Shown piece after piece: positions 59,191-64,000 of a stretch of 64,000 bases of DNA (position 1 is its first letter; the number at the start of each line of letters is the position of its first letter). A program made the position numbers and the translations under genes. Location: positions 62,001-126,000 of the forward strand of contig SMSO01000007.1 of NCBI GenBank assembly GCA_004764695.1, given 5' to 3'. Source of the DNA: Schizochytrium sp. TIO01 (Eukaryota > Protista > Bigyra: Labyrinthulomycetes). Under the pieces are notes generated by a model. It saw nothing but the letters and a program-made list of their open reading frames with translations, made no database searches and was not told where the DNA came from.

Positions 59191-61875
59191 ATGACCCTTT
59201 CTAGGAGCAGAAGAGTTGAAAAGAGACTAGCGTGTGCTCTAGAGAATAGAGAAAGCAAGGACGAATCGAATGCACAGGAGAGAACAATCAACGATGACCT
59301 ATGTTCTGTGGCTGACTGCCTATATGAAAGGGTTGGTCTTGTGGGCTTTGTTGCTGCGCTAGGTCGAAAGTTAGACAACGTCTTCAAAGGTGGAGACAAG
59401 CTTCCGGAGAAAGGAGGCCGAAAGAGCACTTCGACGAACTTCACTACAGATGAGCTTGCTCTGGAGCTTCTATCTATGCATCAAGGTAATGATATCCTTA
59501 TTTTCCTAGGCGAATGGGCAGACAAGAAGTTCCCAAAGAACCTTGAGAATAGGCAACACAACCATAAGGTAGCGAACGAGCTTCTACATAATTTCGGCTT
59601 TGCCGGCAGCTTAGCAGCGTTAGGTCGTTCATCAATAGACAATCGCTATAAAGAGAAATCTGAGCCATGTGGAAACCTACTATGTGCAGCGGAGAGCCTG
59701 GCTTTGCAACTTTTAAAGACGAGCGAAATTGATGGTGCCTTTGTTGTATTAGGTAAAATTGTCTCAGCGAAGAAAAAATCGCAACAACATCAAGATCGAA
59801 ATGTTGAGAATGATCAAGATGATCAAAACCACGATAACGACGACGAGGATGATCGAGTTACCGAAGATGGTCTAGAAGACCGAGAGAGTGAAGCTGATCA
59901 AGATACCCAACACGATGATGACAATCATGACGACGAAGATGTTGAAAATACTCGAAATGGTCAAGATGATCAAGGCGACAATGAAAATAACAAAGCTGAT
60001 CTAAAGACTAAAGATTGTCAAGATGCTCAAGACAACGGTGAAGACGATAAAGATGATCGTAACAGTGATAACAAAGATGCCCATCGTGAGAAGACCGATG
60101 AATATGGCTCAAAAACGCATGTGCATTTTCAATGCATAAAAATCGAAAATACCGCAAATACCACGAATCTCCCCACCCCCAATAAGTGTGTATATGACAC
60201 ACCTGTGAAAGAGATAGGGGACGACATAAAAAATCTTGCAACTACTAAGAAAATCATTGCATGTGAGCGTGATGACAAATACAGTAAGTGTATTGCAGAG
60301 AGCAATGTCGATGACCACCAATCAAAAACTGAAGCGAGAGAGCTCATCTCTCCTGCTGCATTTGAAAGTGATTGTTGCGCACACAATGATGAGACACCTA
60401 AAAGAAAGATATTCGACAAAGCTGCAGAAAAAGGCAGATGCAGAAAGGAAGAAAAATCTAGTGTGCAAAATCATAGTATTAGCAGCATTGGAGATCAAAA
60501 CGTATTAAGCCACAGCAACTACAAAACGTCTAAAGCCAACGAAAATAAAATTAAGACCGATCTTCAAGTAAAGAGGAAGTATGAGCTTGAGCCGCAAAGC
60601 ACGGATAATGATTTCGCACAACTGCCACCACCTCAGAACAACAGTTCTAATCATGCTTCACAGGCGAAAGATACTGCTCAAGGTACACAGAAGCGAAGCA
60701 CGTCAGCAAGGCAAATCAAACGAAATTGTGCAAACAACTCGGAGTCGAGGGCAGAAAAGACTGCACGTGATAGAAAAAGAAGAAAAAACAGCGTTAAGGA
60801 TCATAGAAAGTGTTCGAGCTCGGATGAGAAAGGTTGCAGCAGTAGAGTAGTTTCCGATTCTCCAGAAGGTTTACAAACAAATTCGTCGAGTACGACTCCA
60901 GCAAACTCTGCAGTGGAGCAGCCTGGCCCAAGCGACCTACTTGCACTTATGCACTCATTGCCACAAACAAATTCGTCGAGTATGGCACCAGCAAACTCTG
61001 CAGTGGAGCAGCCTGGCCCAAGCGAACTACTTGCACTTATGCACTCATTGCCACAAGCAAATTCGTCGAGTATGGCACCAGCAAACTCTGCAGTGGAGCA
61101 GCCTGGCCCAAGCGAACTACTTGCACTTATGTACCCATTGCCACAAACAAATTCGTCGAGTATGGCACCAGCAAACTCTGCAGTGGAGCAGCCTGACATA
61201 AGCGAACGACTTGCACTTATGTACCCATTGCCACAAACAAATTCGTCGAGTATGGCACCAGCAAACTCTGCAGTGGAGCAGCCTGACATAAGCGAACGAC
61301 TTGCACTTAGGTACCCATTGCCACAAACAAATTCGTCGAGTATGGCACCAGCAAACTCTGCAGTGGAGCAGCCTGACATAAGCGAACGACTTGCACTTAT
61401 GTACCCATTGCCACAAACAAATTCGTCGAGTATGGCACCAGCAAACTCTGCAGTGGAGCAGCCTGGCCCAAGCGAACTACTTGCACTTATGCACTCATTG
61501 CCACAAGCAAATTCGTCGAGTATGGCACCAGCAAACTCTGCAGTGGAGCAGCCTGGCCCAAGCGAACTACTTGCACTTATGTACTCATTGCCACAAACAT
61601 ATTCGTCGAGTATGGCACCAGCAAACTCTGCAGTGGAGCAGCCTGGCACAAGCGAACTACCTGCACTTTTGTACTCACTGCCACAAACTTATCCTCTTAC
61701 CCCGGCGATGGCCGGAGTTCTGATGGGCCAGAACATAAGCGAAGAGCAGAGGCTGTTTCTAAGCCGGCTTTCACCTCAGGAGTATCTTAGCGTTCTGGAG
61801 AGATTGCGTTCAAGCCAAGAGGAGTTGCTCTATCAGATTTTAGTACAAGGCAGGAATAGCAACACTAGGCACTAA
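59191..61875 (+). CDS. Hypothetical 894-aa protein: N-terminal helical repeats, D/N-rich region, 9x30-aa tandem repeat
   Basis: ATG-initiated, 2.7 kb uninterrupted frame including 1.7 kb of non-repetitive sequence. Confidence 0.75.
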   Translation: MTLSRSRRVEKRLACALENRESKDESNAQERTINDDLCSVADCLYERVGLVGFVAALGRKLDNVFKGGDKLPEKGGRKSTSTNFTTDELALELLSMHQGNDILIFLGEWADKKFPKNLENRQHNHKVANELLHNFGFAGSLAALGRSSIDNRYKEKSEPCGNLLCAAESLALQLLKTSEIDGAFVVLGKIVSAKKKSQQHQDRNVENDQDDQNHDNDDEDDRVTEDGLEDRESEADQDTQHDDDNHDDEDVENTRNGQDDQGDNENNKADLKTKDCQDAQDNGEDDKDDRNSDNKDAHREKTDEYGSKTHVHFQCIKIENTANTTNLPTPNKCVYDTPVKEIGDDIKNLATTKKIIACERDDKYSKCIAESNVDDHQSKTEARELISPAAFESDCCAHNDETPKRKIFDKAAEKGRCRKEEKSSVQNHSISSIGDQNVLSHSNYKTSKANENKIKTDLQVKRKYELEPQSTDNDFAQLPPPQNNSSNHASQAKDTAQGTQKRSTSARQIKRNCANNSESRAEKTARDRKRRKNSVKDHRKCSSSDEKGCSSRVVSDSPEGLQTNSSSTTPANSAVEQPGPSDLLALMHSLPQTNSSSMAPANSAVEQPGPSELLALMHSLPQANSSSMAPANSAVEQPGPSELLALMYPLPQTNSSSMAPANSAVEQPDISERLALMYPLPQTNSSSMAPANSAVEQPDISERLALRYPLPQTNSSSMAPANSAVEQPDISERLALMYPLPQTNSSSMAPANSAVEQPGPSELLALMHSLPQANSSSMAPANSAVEQPGPSELLALMYSLPQTYSSSMAPANSAVEQPGTSELPALLYSLPQTYPLTPAMAGVLMGQNISEEQRLFLSRLSPQEYLSVLERLRSSQEELLYQILVQGRNSNTRH
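60874..61689 (+). repeat. Coding minisatellite, 9 copies of a 90-bp unit
   Basis: Unit CAAACAAATTCGTCGAGTATGGCACCAGCAAACTCTGCAGTGGAGCAGCCT...TTGCCA recurs every 90 bp from 60874 to 61594. Confidence 0.98.
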
Positions 61876-62699
61876 ATAAACTAAATTTGTCGGATAGCAT
61901 GGCAGCGTTGTAATGAACCACTGCAACAAGGGAGTATTATCCTGGTTTTAAAACATTGCGGACGTCAAGGTGGCGACGAGCTTTAGGATGATCCAGTATC
62001 AGATTAAAAGAAAGTAGGTTGTAAGAATTAGTATGAACAGTGTACTGGAGGAGAATAATTATATAGGAAGAAGAGGTAATGAACTGGTGTTCAAGTGATG
62101 ATGCCGAATCTTATAAACTCTTTTCTGAACAAGATTCCTCATCTTAATATATAGTATTCTATTGTATGCTTAATTTCGAATGTAATCAATTGTCCTTATT
62201 ATTCGATCTGCTAGAAACTCCAACTCTCATCGGCTACAGATTAGCTAGCAAGTAATTGAGAAGTCAAGGTTCTCACAGAGAAGGCTTTTGGTGGCTTTGC
62301 TGAACTAAAATGCTAGATATAGCGATATTTTGACCTTTGAGTTTATTGTTTCGTATATAATCTAAAATATCAAGGCGGTATTATTTGTATTGCGCAGAGT
62401 TGAAGAACATGCGTCCATACCTCGAACGTCTTTTGTTTGGCAAGATCATCCGTCCAGAAGACATGAAAAATAAGCTTTAAGGGTGATGCTTCTTGGTTTA
62501 CTTATGTTGTTGACTACAGAGATATACCACCAACAGGCTAACGACATTGTATTTTAACAATATAATTCTTGAAGAGGCTCAATTGGACTTGTCTCCTCAG
62601 TGGTCGTATGCTGGCATTTACATTATAAATGTATTATATTCTTTGATATTTGCAAGACTTGCGCAAGGCAAGACGCCACAGGAGAAAATAAAATAAACA

Positions 62700-63780
62700 A
62701 TCACTTGCTAACGCTGACTGAGATTCCCGCATAAAATAAATTGCCAGGGGTTCATTGCGAAAATAAGCAATTCACCACCTGCCTGGTTGCTTGTCACTAG
62801 GCTGCGAAGACAAAGTATTTCAAAATTAACCTCACCAAGACGAGAGTCTTTCAAATTGCTGCTTCCATTGCTTAGCGTGGGTGAGCCAAAGGGCCATTTT
62901 AAGAGCGCAAGGTTAGAAGTCGATCCTAAGGGTTGGTTGTATTTGCACAACTTTCTCTTCCTTTATATCATTCATCCATCAGGGCCACCAAAGGTCTTGA
63001 GGTTCCACAGCCCTAGCAGTAGAGGTAAGGAGTTGACTTTTGTTTCTCGCTGCTTTCACGTGAGAAACGGGCTGTGCTATTACAATCTAAGTGTATTCAT
63101 CGAAAAGTCACCCCGATCGCCAGCATTGGTTCACCAGCTCCTTTTTCTTCATCGTCTCGTCTCCAGTCAGATCTAATTTGATCTCCTGGTCAATTCAGGA
63201 TGACGTCTCGCTAGTCAAAGCTCGCTTTCCCTAACCGTCAGATTCGCCATAACAGGTAACAGCGATTCAACCGAGTTCCAGTCATGATCGTAGCGCCCCC
63301 AAAGCAGCGTCCAAAAACAGCGATACATCATCGGTGACCCTCACAGAAGTTATTGATAAAACGAAGCACTTTTAAAGATTCATAGGCCTTGCTAGTACTT
63401 CCGGACTCCTATCCACTGCTGGCTAGCTTTTCGATTTATCACATGATCATTGAATGTAAAGGTTCCCCAAAACGCGCAGTTTCAAGTTGGCCTTTTGTCT
63501 CTTTTGTTTCTTTTGTTTCTTCCCTCTCAAAGTTCGCCCTTTTGCAGATCTTCGAAGTTCTTTCTGACGGAGTCGGTACTTCGCTAGTAGAGAGAGACAC
63601 CTGAGCGAGTTCTTCTGCACGTCGTTGCGGCTCCTTCGCTTCGCTTACGAGGCTCCAAGCCCAAGTGTTCATGCTTGGACGGCATGAATAGATCGATCGT
63701 TCAACGCGCCAGAGGCTTTGCCGGAAAAGCAGACGGTACAGCAGCGCTTCGAAGTTGTTTCCCTCAAAACTTCATTCGTT
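62700..63780 (-). pseudogene. Decayed gene relic
   Basis: Charged segment EAKEPQRRAEELAQ...EREETKETKETK continues through stops and frameshifts. Confidence 0.3.
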
Positions 63781-64000
63781 AACGCGCACAGAAACTAAAA
63801 CGACTTGTTGGTTTATTATTTTTTATTTTTTAAAATAATTATTATTTTTTTAAATAAAAAAAGGTACCTTAATTAAAATGACCGATGACGTAACGGTAAC
63901 CACGTTTCCTGGAGCCCTTCGAAGGTGCCACTCAGCTCAACGATAACTGTCTCTGTCTCTGTGGAAGGAAGCGCTTAAAGCTCGAATTTAATTTGTTGCC

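Noticed and set aside
60874-61689. CRISPR-like array
   Set aside because: Contiguous tandem units without unique spacers, in-frame within a CDS, no cas genes, eukaryotic context
60941-61723. Alternate-frame ORFs with repeated CTHCH (CxxCH, multiheme cytochrome-like) and a 282-aa antisense ORF
   Set aside because: By-products of the 90-bp repeat. The CxxCH frame is broken by TAA in the DISE-type units, has no ATG start or signal peptide, and only the 59191 frame extends well beyond the array
53400-64000. Endogenous giant-virus or Polinton insertion
   Set aside because: No capsid, packaging ATPase, polymerase or integrase motifs recognised, and gene density is low

Overview
Eukaryotic genomic DNA. 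Intronless genes and intergenic DNA saturated with tetranucleotide microsatellites suggest a stramenopile protist such as a thraustochytrid (inference). Three zones are visible. (1) 1-17.7 kb has no credible ORF: microsatellites, AT-rich arms, short GC-rich islands and decayed gene relics. (2) 17.7-52.6 kb is a housekeeping block: an orphan protein, a membrane-domain/3-beta-HSD (ERG26/NSDHL-like) fusion, an Mss116-like DEAD-box helicase, the golgin TMF1, a stand-alone DUSP-domain protein, a divergent NBS1, a sulfotransferase-family protein, a coiled-coil protein and NADK2, with pseudogene relics including a hAT transposase C-terminus. (3) 53.4-64 kb is an accessory zone starting at a Helitron-like hairpin+CTAG end. 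It holds an intact Crinkler-type PD-(D/E)xK nuclease-(pseudo)kinase gene, an orphan with a 9x90-bp coding repeat, and several decayed ORFs. The most notable items are the nuclease/pseudokinase gene with its possible rolling-circle context, the sterol-SDR fusion, and signs of CAG/CTG-context C-to-T decay. No rRNA, tRNA or CRISPR array was recognised. All family calls are by motif recognition only; no database search was run.
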